From Rebecca billardiae RCC1528 (taxonomy: Eukaryota > Protista > Haptophyta), in contig OZ251245.1 of NCBI GenBank assembly GCA_965240325.2, forward strand, positions 1-64,000: a DNA stretch of 64,000 bases, in the 5' to 3' direction. The translations under genes and the position numbers were made by a program. Each line of letters begins with the position of its first letter. Within the stretch, counting starts at the first letter, position 1. Shown here piece by piece: positions 1 through 11,800 of this stretch. The notes below the pieces were generated by a model. That model worked only from the letters and a program-made list of their open reading frames with translations. It made no database searches and was not told the origin of the DNA.

Positions 1-105
1 GAGTTAAAGTTAAAGTTAAAGTTAAGTTAAAGTTAAAAGTTAAAGTTAAAGTTAAAGTTAAAAGTTACAAGTTAAAGTTTAAAGTAAAGTTAAAGTTAGT
101 TTAGT
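1..105. repeat. (GTTAAA)n tract distal to the telomere, possibly a basecalling or fold-back artefact
   Basis: Irregular GTTAAA hexamers grade into GTTAG and join (CCCTAA)n through the palindrome GTTAAC at 104-109. Confidence 0.6.
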
Positions 106-362
106 TAACCCTAACCCTAACCCTAACCCTAACCCTAACCCTAACCCTAACCCTAACCCTAACCCTAACCCTAACCCTAACCCTAACCCTAACCCTAACC
201 CCTAACCTAACCCTAACCCTAACCCTAACCCTAACCCTAACCCTAACCCTAACCCTAACCCTAACCCTAACCCCTAACCCTAACCTAACCCTAACCCTAA
301 CCCTAACCCTAACCCTAACCCTAACCCTAACCCTAACCCTAACCCTAACCCTAACCCTAACC

Positions 363-403
<41 letters not shown>

Positions 404-660
404 CCCTAACCCCTAACCCCCTAACCCTAACCCCTAACCCTAACCCTAACCCTAACCTAACCCTAACCCTAACCCTAACCCTAACCCTAACCCTAACCCT
501 AACCCTAACCCTAACCCTAACCCTAACCCTAACCCTAACCCTAACCCTAACCCTAACCCTAACCCTAACCCTAACCCTAACCCTAACCCTAACCCTAACC
601 CTAACCCTAACCCTAACCCTAACCCTAACCCTAACCCTAACCCTAACCCTAACCCTAACC

Positions 661-701
<41 letters not shown>

Positions 702-920
702 CCCTAACCCTAACCCTAACCCTAACCCTAACCCTAACCCTAACCCTAACCCTAACCCTAACCCTAACCCTAACCCTAACCCTAACCCTAACCCCTAACC
801 CTAACCCTAACCCTAACCCTAACCCTAACCCTAACCCTACCCCTAACCCTACCCCTAACCCTAACCCTAACCCTAACCCTAACCCTAACCCTAACCCTAA
901 CCCTAACCTAACCCTAACCC
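106..920 (-). repeat. Telomere, (CCCTAA)n/(TTAGGG)n, ~135 units; left chromosome end
   Basis: Near-perfect CCCTAA tandem array at the start of the window. Confidence 0.97.
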
Positions 921-1233
921 CGCAGGTAAGGGTTAGGGCGCAGGTAAGGGTTAGGGTTAGGGTGGTGGTTAGGGTCGCCAGTACTAAAATGAGAATTTCT
1001 CGAGATTGACCGAACTGATTTCAACGAGACTTGGGCTCTGCCATGGAAATGGGAAGGGCTAAGGGCCCTCCAATTTTGAGAGAATTTGGCCCGGTCAATC
1101 TCGAGAAAACATACTTCTAACCCAACTTGGGCTCTGCCATGGAAATGGGAAGGGCTAAGGGCCCTCCAATTTTGAGAGAATTTGGCTCGGTCAATCTCGA
1201 GAAAACATACTTCTAACCCTAACCCTAAACCTA
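921..1233. repeat. Subtelomeric palindromic cassette, copy 1 (variant TTAGGG repeats, inverted-repeat core, CCCTAA tail)
   Basis: CGCAGGTAAGGGTTAGGG units; 18-bp inverted repeat TTTCTCGAGATTGACCGA (996-1013) / TCGGTCAATCTCGAGAAA (1187-1204); internal ~97-bp tandem duplication; ends CTAACCCTAACCCTAAACCTA. Confidence 0.85.
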
Positions 1234-2029
1234 GGAGGCTCTGGGCCGGCCGAGTGGGCCGAGCTGGGCTGCCCAGAGCCTCCCAGGCCGGCTCCAGCTG
1301 GGCTGGGAGGGCTGGCGCCAGGCTGCGCGCCGGCTGCGCACTGGGCGCGCAGTGGTGAGGTTAGGCCCAAAGAGACATCTACCCTGGGTGAGGTTACCAG
1401 CCGCGGCCGTTTCGGCCCAGTGGGGGCCGGCTGGGGCGGCGTGTTTGGCGGCCCAGGAGGCTCTGGGCCGGCCGACTCTGCCGAGCTGGGCAAATCATTC
1501 TGAGATGGGCGGTCAAGGATCCGCTTGCGCACGTTGACAAGGCTGGAGAGCAATCGTCCCCTCTGCTTGCTTGAGCTGTGGCATGCAATGGGTGCTGCTC
1601 TGTGCGCGCCCCCTGTGCAGGTTGAGCCAAGAGCAAGATGGGGGGGCGGGGCGGGGGCAGCTTTGACAGGTGCTCAGCGCTTGAGCTGAGCTTTGACAGG
1701 TGCTGCACTCGTCCGCACCGCAGCATACTATTCTGCCACAGCCACTCTGCTTAGCAGCCATGCGCTTGATTTGCCCTATCAACTGTCGTTGTCATCATCG
1801 AGGTCTCGTCATCGATGATTGACAGCTCACAGCTGCAACTCGAGATCGACTGACTGGTGCTGATGCCAACCACATTATTGAGGGATACTCCCCGCACAGA
1901 ACTAGGACGTATGTACGAGCAGCTGCTCTCACCAGTTGCTGCTCACCAGAGTCAAGTAGGACTAGGCTTCAGATGGGGGGGCGGGGCGGGGCCTGCATCG
2001 ACCGGTGCTGTGCTCTGAGACTGCAGGCG

Positions 2030-2596
2030 CGAAAGTACGTTTTTGACTGTACATATCTGTACACTCTGTATGTTTTCGCTTATTCCTCTGAATGTATCCG
2101 AATGTAGATTGTGACGGTATATTGTACACTTTGTACACTTCTTGATTGTACATATGAATGTACACTACTGTATACATTTTGAATGTACACATTTGTACAC
2201 TTTGTACACTCTGTACACTGATTGATTGTACATATCTGAATTTATCCGAATGTACATTGCAACAGTACATCTGATGATCAAATGTATCCGAATGTACAAT
2301 GCAGTACATTCCAAATGTACAATGTACATTTCCGAATGTACAATGTACATTCCAAATGTACAATGTACTACATTCCAAATGTACAATGTACACTTCCGAA
2401 TGTACAATGTACATTCCAAATGTACAATGTACATTTCCGAATGTACAATGTACTACATTCCAAATGTACAATGTACACTTCCGAATGTACAATGTACATT
2501 CCAAATGTACAATGTACACTTCCGAATGTACAATGTACATTCCAAATGTACAATGTACATTCCAAATGTACAATGTACATTCCAAATGTACAATGT
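2030..2596. repeat. AT-rich TGTACA minisatellite (~20-23-bp units, TTCC(G/A)AATGTACAATGTACA)
   Basis: Units are regular over ~2290-2596 and degenerate towards 2030. Confidence 0.9.
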
Positions 2597-2858
2597 GAGG
2601 GTGAGGGTAAGGGTTAGGGCGCAGGTAAGGGTTAGGGCGCAGGTAAGGGTTAGGGCGCAGGTAAGGGTTAGGGCGCAGGTAAGGGTTAGGGTTAGGGTGG
2701 TGGTTAGGGTCGCCAGTACTAAAATGAGAATTTCTCGAGATTGACCGAACTGATTTCAACGAGACTTGGGCTCTGCCATGGAAATGGGAAGGGCTAAGGG
2801 CCCTCCAATTTTGAGAGAATTTGGCTCGGTCAATCTCGAGAAAACATACTTCTAACCT
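2597..2858. repeat. Subtelomeric palindromic cassette, copy 2
   Basis: Direct repeat of the cassette at 921-1233 (offset 1735) with four CGCAGGTAAGGGTTAGGG units; its TTCTAACC end is fused directly to the 197-bp satellite. Confidence 0.85.
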
Positions 2859-5800
2859 GGGGCATCATCGGCCAGCCACCGAGCTGACTCTAGCACCGAC
2901 TCGCCGTCAGACGGTCACCGCTGCTGATCCGAGATCGCACGGCTACAGCCGGGCGTATGCAGCAGGGCCAGTCGGCCAGCTGATACTGCGAAAGTCGAGC
3001 CAATGTAGGGCTTCTGGCTGACGCTCCGCCCTGGTTCCAGCCCGTACGAGTCCTCTGTAGCATCATCGGCCAGCCACCGAGCTGACTCTCGGGTAAACTG
3101 GCCGTCAGACGGTCAGCGCTGCTGATCCGAGGTCGCAGCTCGAGCCGGGCCGTACGTGCAGCACTGCCAGTGGGCCAGCTGATACTGCGAAAGTCGAGCC
3201 AATGTAGGGCTTCTGGCTGACGCTCCGCCCTGGTTCCAGCCCGTACGAGTCCTGTGGGGCATCACCGGCCAGCCACCGAGCTGACTCTAGCACCGACTCG
3301 CCGTCAGACGGTCACCGCTGCTGATCCGAGGTCGCAGCTCGAGCCGGGCGTATGCAGCAGGGCCAGTCGGCCAGCTGATACTGCGAAAGTCGAGCCAATG
3401 TAGGGCATCTGGCCGACGCTCCGCCCTGGTTCCAGCCCGTACGAGGCCTCTGGGGCATCACCGGCCAGCCACCGAGCTGACTCTAGCACCGACTCGCCGT
3501 CAGACGGTCACCGCTGCTGATCCGAGATCGCACGGCTAGAGCCGGGCGTATGCAGCAGGGCCAGTCGGCCAGCTGATACTGCGAAAGTCGAGCCAATGTA
3601 GGGCTTCTGGCTGACGCTCCGCCCTGGTTCCAGCCCGTACGAGTCCTCTGTAGCATCATCGGCCAGCCACCGAGCTGACTCTCGGGTAAACTGGCCGTCA
3701 GACGGTCAGCGCTGCTGATCCGAGGTCGCAGCTCGAGCCGGGCCGTACGTGCAGCACTGCCAGTGGGCCAGCTGATACTGCGAAAGTCGAGCCAATGTAG
3801 GGCTTCTGGCTGACGCTCCGCCCTGGTTCCAGCCCGTACGAGTCCTGTGGGGCATCACCGGCCAGCCACCGAGCTGACTCTCGCACCGACTCGCCGTCAG
3901 ACGGTCACCGCTGCTGATCCGAGATCGCCGCTCGAGCCGGGCGTATGCAGCAGGGCCAGTCGGCCAGCTGATACTGCGAAGGTCGAGCCAATGTAGGGCA
4001 TCTGGCTGACGCTCCGCCCTGGTTCCAGCCCGTACGAGTCCTCTGGGGCATCACCGGCCAGCCACCGAGCTGACTCTAGCACCGACTCGCCGTCAGACGG
4101 CCACCGCTGCTGATCCGAGATCGCCGCTCGAGCCGGGTGCATGCAGTAGGGCCAGTCGGCCAGCTTGTACTGCGAAAGTCGAGCCAATGTAGGGCTTCTG
4201 GCTGACGCTCCGCCCTGGTTCCAGCCCGTACGAGTCCTCTGGGGCATCACCGGCCAGCCACCGAGCTGACTCTAGCACCGACTCGCCGTCAGACGGTCAC
4301 CGCTGCTGATCCGAGATCGCACTGCTAGAGCCGGGCGTATGCAGCAGGGCCAGTCGGCCAGCTGGTACTGCGAAAGTCGAGCCAATGTAGGGCTTCTGGC
4401 TGACGCTCCGCCCTGGTTCCAGCCCGTAGGAGTCCTCTGGGGCATCACCGGCCAGCCACCGAGCTGACCCTCGCGCGAACTGGCCGTCAGACGGTCACCG
4501 CTGCTGATCCGAGGTCGCAGCTCGAGCCGGGCGTATGCAGCAGGGCCAGTCGGCCAGCTGATACTGCGAAAGTCGAGCCAATGTAGGGCATCTGGCCGAC
4601 GCTCCGCCCTGGTTCCAGCCCGTACGAGTCCTCTGGGGCATCACCGGCCAGCCACCGAGCTGACTCTAGCACCGACTCGCCGTCAGACGGTCACCGCTGC
4701 TGATCCGAGATCGCACGGCTAGAGCCGGGCGTATGCAGCAGGGCCAGTCGGCCAGCTGATACTGCGAAAGTCGAGCCAATGTAGGGCTTCTGGCTGACGC
4801 TCCGCCCTGGTTCCAGCCCGTACGAGTCCTCTGTAGCATCATCGGCCAGCCACCGAGCTGACTCTCGGGTAAACTGGCCGTCAGACGGTCAGCGCTGCTG
4901 ATCCGAGGTCGCAGCTCGAGCCGGGCCGTACGTGCAGCACTGCCAGTGGGCCAGCTGATACTGCGAAAGTCAAGCCAATGTAGGGCTTCTGGCTGACGCT
5001 CCGCCCTGGTTCCAGCCCGTACGGGTCCTGTGGGGCATCACCGGCCAGCCACCGAGCTGACTCTCGCACCGACTCGCCGTCAGACGGTCACCGCTGCTGA
5101 TCCGAGATCGCCGCTCGAGCAGGGCGTATGCAGCAGGGCCAGTCGGCCAGCTGATACTGCGAAGGTCGAGCCAATGTAGGGCATCTGGCTGACGCTCCGC
5201 CCTGGTTCCAGCCCGTACGAGTCCTCTGGGGCATCACCGGCCAGCCACCGAGCTGACTCTAGCACCGACTCGCCGTCAGACGGCCACCGCTGCTGATCCG
5301 AGATCGCCGCTCGAGCCGGGTGCATGCAGTAGGGCCAGTCGGCCAGCTTGTACTGCGAAAGTCGAGCCAATGTAGGGCTTCTGGCTGACGCTCCGCCCTG
5401 GTTCCAGCCCGTACGAGTCCTCTGGGGCATCACCGGCCAGCCACCGAGCTGACTCTAGCACCGACTCGCCGTCAGACGGCCACCGCTGCTGATCCGAGAT
5501 CGCCGCTCGAGCCGGGTGCATGCAGTAGGGCCAGTCGGCCAGCTGATACTGCGAAAGTCGAGCCAATGTAGGGCTTCTGGCTGACGCTCCGCTCTGGTTC
5601 CAGCCCGTACGAGTCCTCTGGGGTATCACCGGCCAGCCACCGAGCTGACTCTAGCACCGACTCGCCGTCAGACGGTCACCGCTGCTGATCCGAGATCGCA
5701 CGGCTAGAGCCGGGCGTATGCAGCAGGGCCAGTCGGCCAGCTGATACTGCGAAAGTCGAGCCAATGTAGGGCTTCTGGCTGACGCTCAGCCCTGGTTCCA

Positions 5801-8800
5801 GCCCGTACGAGTCCTCTGGGGCATCACCGGCCAGCCACCGAGCTGACCCTCGCGCGAACTGGCCGTCAGACGGTCACCGCTGCTGATCCGAGATCGCAGC
5901 TCGAGCCGGGCGTATGCAGCAGGGCCAGTCGGCCAGCTGATACTGCGAAAGTCGAGCCAATGTAGGGCTTCTGGCTGACGCTCCGCCCTGGTTCCAGCCC
6001 GTACGAGTCCTCTGGGGCATCACCGGCCAGCCACCGAGCTGACTCTAGCACCGACTCGCCGTCAGACGGTCACCGCTGCTGATCCGAGATCGCACTGCTA
6101 GAGCCGGGCGTATGCAGCAGGGCCAGTCGGCCTCTGATACTGCGAAAGTCGAGCCAATGTAGGGCTTCTGGCTGACGCTCCGCCCTGGTTCCAGCCCGTA
6201 CGAGTCCTCTGGGGCATCACCTGCCAGCCACCGAGCTGACTCTAGCACCGACTTGCCGTCAGACGGTCACCGCTGCTGATCCGAGGTCGCAGCTCGAGCC
6301 GGGCGTATGCAGCAGGGCCAGTCGGCCAGCTGATACTGCGAAAGTCGAGCCAATGTAGGGCATCTGGCCGACGCTCCGCCCTGGTTCCAGCCCGTACGAG
6401 TCCTCTGGGGCATCACCGGCCAGCCACCGAGCTGACTCTAGCACCGACTCGCCGTCAGACGGTCACCGCTGCTGATCCGAGATCGCACGGCTAGAGCCGG
6501 GCGTATGCAGCAGGGCCAGTCGGCCAGCTGATACTGCGAAAGTCGAGCCAATGTAGGGCTTCTGGCTGACGCTCCGCCCTGGTTCCAGCCCGTACGAGTC
6601 CTCTGTAGCATCATCGGCCAGCCACCGAGCTGACTCTCGGGTAAACTGGCCGTCAGACGGTCAGCGCTGCTGATCCGAGGTCGCAGCTCGAGCCGGGCCG
6701 TACGTGCAGCACTGCCAGTGGGCCAGCTGATACTGCGAAAGTCAAGCCAATGTAGGGCTTCTGGCTGACGCTCCGCCCTGGTTCCAGCCCGTACGGGTCC
6801 TGTGGGGCATCACCGGCCAGCCACCGAGCTGACTCTCGCACCGACTCGCCGTCAGACGGTCACCGCTGCTGATCCGAGATCGCCGCTCGAGCAGGGCGTA
6901 TGCAGCAGGGCCAGTCGGCCAGCTGATACTGCGAAGGTCGAGCCAATGTAGGGCATCTGGCTGACGCTCCGCCCTGGTTCCAGCCCGTACGAGTCCTCTG
7001 GGGCATCACCGGCCAGCCACCGAGCTGACTCTAGCACCGACTCGCCGTCAGACGGTCACCGCTGCTGATCCGAGATCGCACGGCTAGAGCCGGGCGTATG
7101 CAGCAGGGCCAGTCGGCCAGCTGATACTGCGAAAGTCGAGCCAATGTAGGGCTTCTGGCTGACGCTCCGCCCTGGTTCCAGCCCGTACGAGTCCTCTGGG
7201 GCATCACCGGCCAGCCACCGAGCTGACTCTAGCACCGACTCGCCGTCAGACGGTCACCGCTGCTGATCCGAGATCGCCGCTCGAGCCGGGTGCATGCAGT
7301 AGGGCCAGTCGGCCAGCTGATACTGCGAAAGTCGAGCCAATGTAGGGCTTCTGGCTGACGCTCCGCTCTGGTTCCAGCCCGTACGAGTCCTCTGGGGTAT
7401 CACCGGCCAGCCACCGAGCTGACTCTAGCACCGACTCGCCGTCAGACGGTCACCGCTGCTGATCCGAGATCGCACGGCTAGAGCCGGGCGTATGCAGCAG
7501 GGCCAGTCGGCCAGCTGATACTGCGAAAGTCGAGCCAATGTAGGGCTTCTGGCTGACGCTCAGCCCTGGTTCCAGCCCGTACGAGTCCTCTGGGGCATCA
7601 CCGGCCAGCCACCGAGCTGACCCTCGCGCGAACTGGCCGTCAGACGGTCACCGCTGCTGATCCGAGATCGCAGCTCGAGCCGGGCGTATGCAGCAGGGCC
7701 AGTCGGCCAGCTGATACTGCGAAAGTCGAGCCAATGTAGGGCTTCTGGCTGACGCTCCGCCCTGGTTCCAGTCCGTACGAGTCCTCTGGGGCATCACCGG
7801 CCAGCCACCGAGCTGACTCTAGCACCGACTCGCCGTCAGACGGTCACCGCTGCTGATCCGAGATCGCACGGCTAGAGCCGGGCGTATGCAGCAGGGCCAG
7901 TCGGCCAGCTGATACTGCGAAAGTCGAGCCAATGTAGGGCTTCTGGCTGACGCTCCGCCCTGGTTCCAGCCCGTACGAGTCCTCTGGGGCATCACCGGCC
8001 AGCCACCGAGCTGACTCTCGGGCAAACTGGCCGTCAGACGGTCACCGCTGCTGATCCGAGGTCGCCGCTCGAGCCGGGCGTATGCAGCAGGGCCAGTCGG
8101 CCAGCTGATACTGCGAAAGTCGAGCCAATGTAGGGCTTCTGGCTGACGCTCCGCCCTGGTTCCAGCCCGTACGAGTCCTCTGTAGCATCACCGGCCAGCC
8201 ACCGAGCTGACTCTAGCACCGACTCGCCGTCAGACGGTCACCGCTGCTGATCCGAGATCGCACGGCTAGAGCCGGGCGTATGCAGCAGGGCCAGTCGGCC
8301 AGCTGATACTGCGAAAGTCGAGCCAATGTAGGGCTTCTGGCTGACGCTCCGCCCTGGTTCCAGCCCGTACGAGTCCTCTGGGGCATCACCAGCCAGCCAC
8401 CGAGCTGACCCTCGCGCGAACTGGCCGTCAGACGGTCACCGCTGCTGATCCGAGATCGCAGCTCGAGCCGGGCGTATGCAGCAGGGCCAGTCGGCCAGCT
8501 GATACTGCGAAAGTCGAGCCAATGTAGGGCTTCTGGCTGACGCTCCGCCCTGGTTCCAGCCCGTACGAGTCCTCTGTAGCATCATCGGCCAGCCACCGAG
8601 CTGACTCTCGGGTAAACGACTGGCCGTCAGACGGTCACCGCTGCTGATCCGAGGTCGCAGATCGAGCCGGGCCGTACGTGCAGCACTGCCAGTGGGCCAG
8701 CTGATACTGCGAAAGTCGAGCCAATGTAGGGCTTCTGGCTGACGATCCGCCCTGATTCCAGCCCGTACGAGTCCTCTGGGGCATCACCGGCCAGCCACCG

Positions 8801-11800
8801 AGCTGACCCTCGCGCGAACTGGCCGTCAGACGGTCACCGCTGCTGATCCGAGGTCGCCGCTCGAGCCGGGCGTATGCAGCAGGGCCAGTCGGCCAGCTGA
8901 TACTGCGAAAGTCGAGCCAATGTAGGGCTTCTGGCTGACGCTCCGCCCTGGTTCCAGCCCGTACGAGTCCTCTGGGGCATCACCGGCCAGCCACCGAGCT
9001 GACTCTAGCACCGACTCGCCGTCAGACGGTCACCGCTGCTGATCCGAGATCGCACGGCTAGAGCCGGGCGTATGCAGCAGGGCCAGTCGGCCAGCTGATA
9101 CTGCGAAAGTCGAGCCAATGTACGGCTTCTGGCTGACGCTCCGCCCTGGTTCCAGCCCGTACGAGTCCTCTGGGGCATCACCAGCCAGCCACCGAGCTGA
9201 CTCTAGCACCGACTCGCCGTCAGACGGTCACCGCTGCTGATCCGAGATCGCACGGCTAGAGCCGGGCGTATGCAGCAGGGCCAGTCGGCCAGCTGATACT
9301 GCGAAAGTCGAGCCAATGTACGGCTTCTGGCTGACGCTCCGCCCTGGTTCCAGCCCGTACGAGTCCTCTGGGGCATCACCAGCCAGCCACCGAGCTGACT
9401 CTCGCGCGAACTGGCCGTCAGACGGTCACCGCCGCTGATCCGAGATCGCAGCTCGAGCCGGGCGTATGCAGCAGGGCCAGTCGGCCAGCTGATACTGCGA
9501 AAGTCGAGCCAATGTAGGGCTTCTGGCTGACGATCCGCCCTGGTTCCAGCCCGTACGAGTCCTCTGGGGCATCACCAGCCAGCCACCGAGCTGACTCTCG
9601 CGCGAACTGGCCGTCAGACGGTCACCGCTGCTGATCCGAGATCGCAGCTCGAGCCGGGCTGTATGCAGCAGGGCCAGTCGGCCAGCTGATACTGCGAAAG
9701 TCGAGCCAATGTACGGCTTCTGGCTGACGCTCCGCCCTGGTTCCAGCCCGTACGAGTCCTCTGGGGCATCACCGGCCAGCCACCGAGCTGACTCTAGCAC
9801 CGACTCGCCGTCAGACGGTCACCGCTGCTGATCCGAGATCGCACGGCTAGAGCCGGGCGTATGCAGCAGGGCCAGTCGGCCAGCTGATACTGCGAAAGTC
9901 GAGCCAATGTAGGGCTTCTGGCTGACGCTCCGCCCTGGTTCCAGCCCGTACGAGTCCTCTGGGGCATCACCGGCCAGCCACCGAGCTGACTCTCGCACCG
10001 ACTCGCCGTCAGACGGTCACCGCTGCTGATCCGAGGTCGCCGCTCGAGCCGGGCGTATGCAGCAGGGCCAGTCGGCCAGCTGATACTGCGAAAGTCGAGC
10101 CAATGTAGGGCTTCTGGCTGACGCTCCGCCCTGGTTCCAGCCCGTACGAGTCCTCTGGGGCATCACCGGCCAGCCACCGAGCTGACTCTAGCACCGACTC
10201 GCCGTCAGACGGTCACCGCTGCTGATCCGAGATCGCACGGCTAGAGCCGGGCGTATGCAGCAGGGCCAGTCGGCCAGCTGATACTGCGAAAGTCGAGCCA
10301 ATGTACGGCTTCTGGCTGACGCTCCGCCCTGGTTCCAGCCCGTACGAGTCCTCTGGGGCATCACCAGCCAGCCACCGAGCTGACTCTCGCGCGAACTGGC
10401 CGTCAGACGGTCACCGCCGCTGATCCGAGATCGCAGCTCGAGCCGGGCGTATGCAGCAGGGCCAGTCGGCCAGCTGATACTGCGAAAGTCGAGCCAATGT
10501 AGGGCTTCTGGCTGACGATCCGCCCTGGTTCCAGCCCGTACGAGTCCTCTGGGGCATCACCAGCCAGCCACCGAGCTGACTCTCGCGCGAACTGGCCGTC
10601 AGACGGTCACCGCTGCTGATCCGAGATCGCAGCTCGAGCCGGGCTGTATGCAGCAGGGCCAGTCGGCCAGCTGATACTGCGAAAGTCGAGCCAATGTAGG
10701 GCTTCTGGCTGACGCTCCGCCCTGGTTCCAGCCCGTACGAGTCCTCTGTAGCATCATCGGCCAGCCACCGAGCTGACTCTCGGGTAAACTGGCCGTCAGA
10801 CGGTCAGCGCTGCTGATCCGAGGTCGCAGCTCGAGCCGGGCCGTACGTGCAGCACTGCCAGTGGGCCAGCTGATACTGCGAAAGTCGAGCCAATGTAGGG
10901 CTTCTGGCTGACGCTCCGCCCTGGTTCCAGCCCGTACGAGTCCTGTGGGGCATCACCGGCCAGCCACCGAGCTGACTCTAGCACCGACTCGCCGTCAGAC
11001 GGTCACCGCTGCTGATCCGAGGTCGCAGCTCGAGCCGGGCGTATGCAGCAGGGCCAGTCGGCCAGCTGATACTGCGAAAGTCGAGCCAATGTAGGGCATC
11101 TGGCCGACGCTCCGCCCTGGTTCCAGCCCGTACGAGGCCTCTGGGGCATCACCGGCCAGCCACCGAGCTGACTCTAGCACCGACTCGCCGTCAGACGGTC
11201 ACCGCTGCTGATCCGAGATCGCACGGCTAGAGCCGGGCGTATGCAGCAGGGCCAGTCGGCCAGCTGATACTGCGAAAGTCGAGCCAATGTAGGGCTTCTG
11301 GCTGACGCTCCGCCCTGGTTCCAGCCCGTACGAGTCCTCTGTAGCATCATCGGCCAGCCACCGAGCTGACTCTCGGGTAAACTGGCCGTCAGACGGTCAG
11401 CGCTGCTGATCCGAGGTCGCAGCTCGAGCCGGGCCGTACGTGCAGCACTGCCAGTGGGCCAGCTGATACTGCGAAAGTCGAGCCAATGTAGGGCTTCTGG
11501 CTGACGCTCCGCCCTGGTTCCAGCCCGTACGAGTCCTGTGGGGCATCACCGGCCAGCCACCGAGCTGACTCTCGCACCGACTCGCCGTCAGACGGTCACC
11601 GCTGCTGATCCGAGATCGCCGCTCGAGCCGGGCGTATGCAGCAGGGCCAGTCGGCCAGCTGATACTGCGAAGGTCGAGCCAATGTAGGGCATCTGGCTGA
11701 CGCTCCGCCCTGGTTCCAGCCCGTACGAGTCCTCTGGGGCATCACCGGCCAGCCACCGAGCTGACTCTAGCACCGACTCGCCGTCAGACGGCCACCGCTG

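Noticed and set aside
1962-2759. Cys/Tyr-rich repeat ORFs
   Set aside because: They are translations of the TGTACA minisatellite and telomere-like repeats.
2978-2996. CTGATACTGCGAAAGTC as a hammerhead ribozyme core, and GGTTCCAGCCC in the same monomer as a tRNA B-box
   Set aside because: It lacks CUGANGA and stem II; there is no cloverleaf or convincing A-box.
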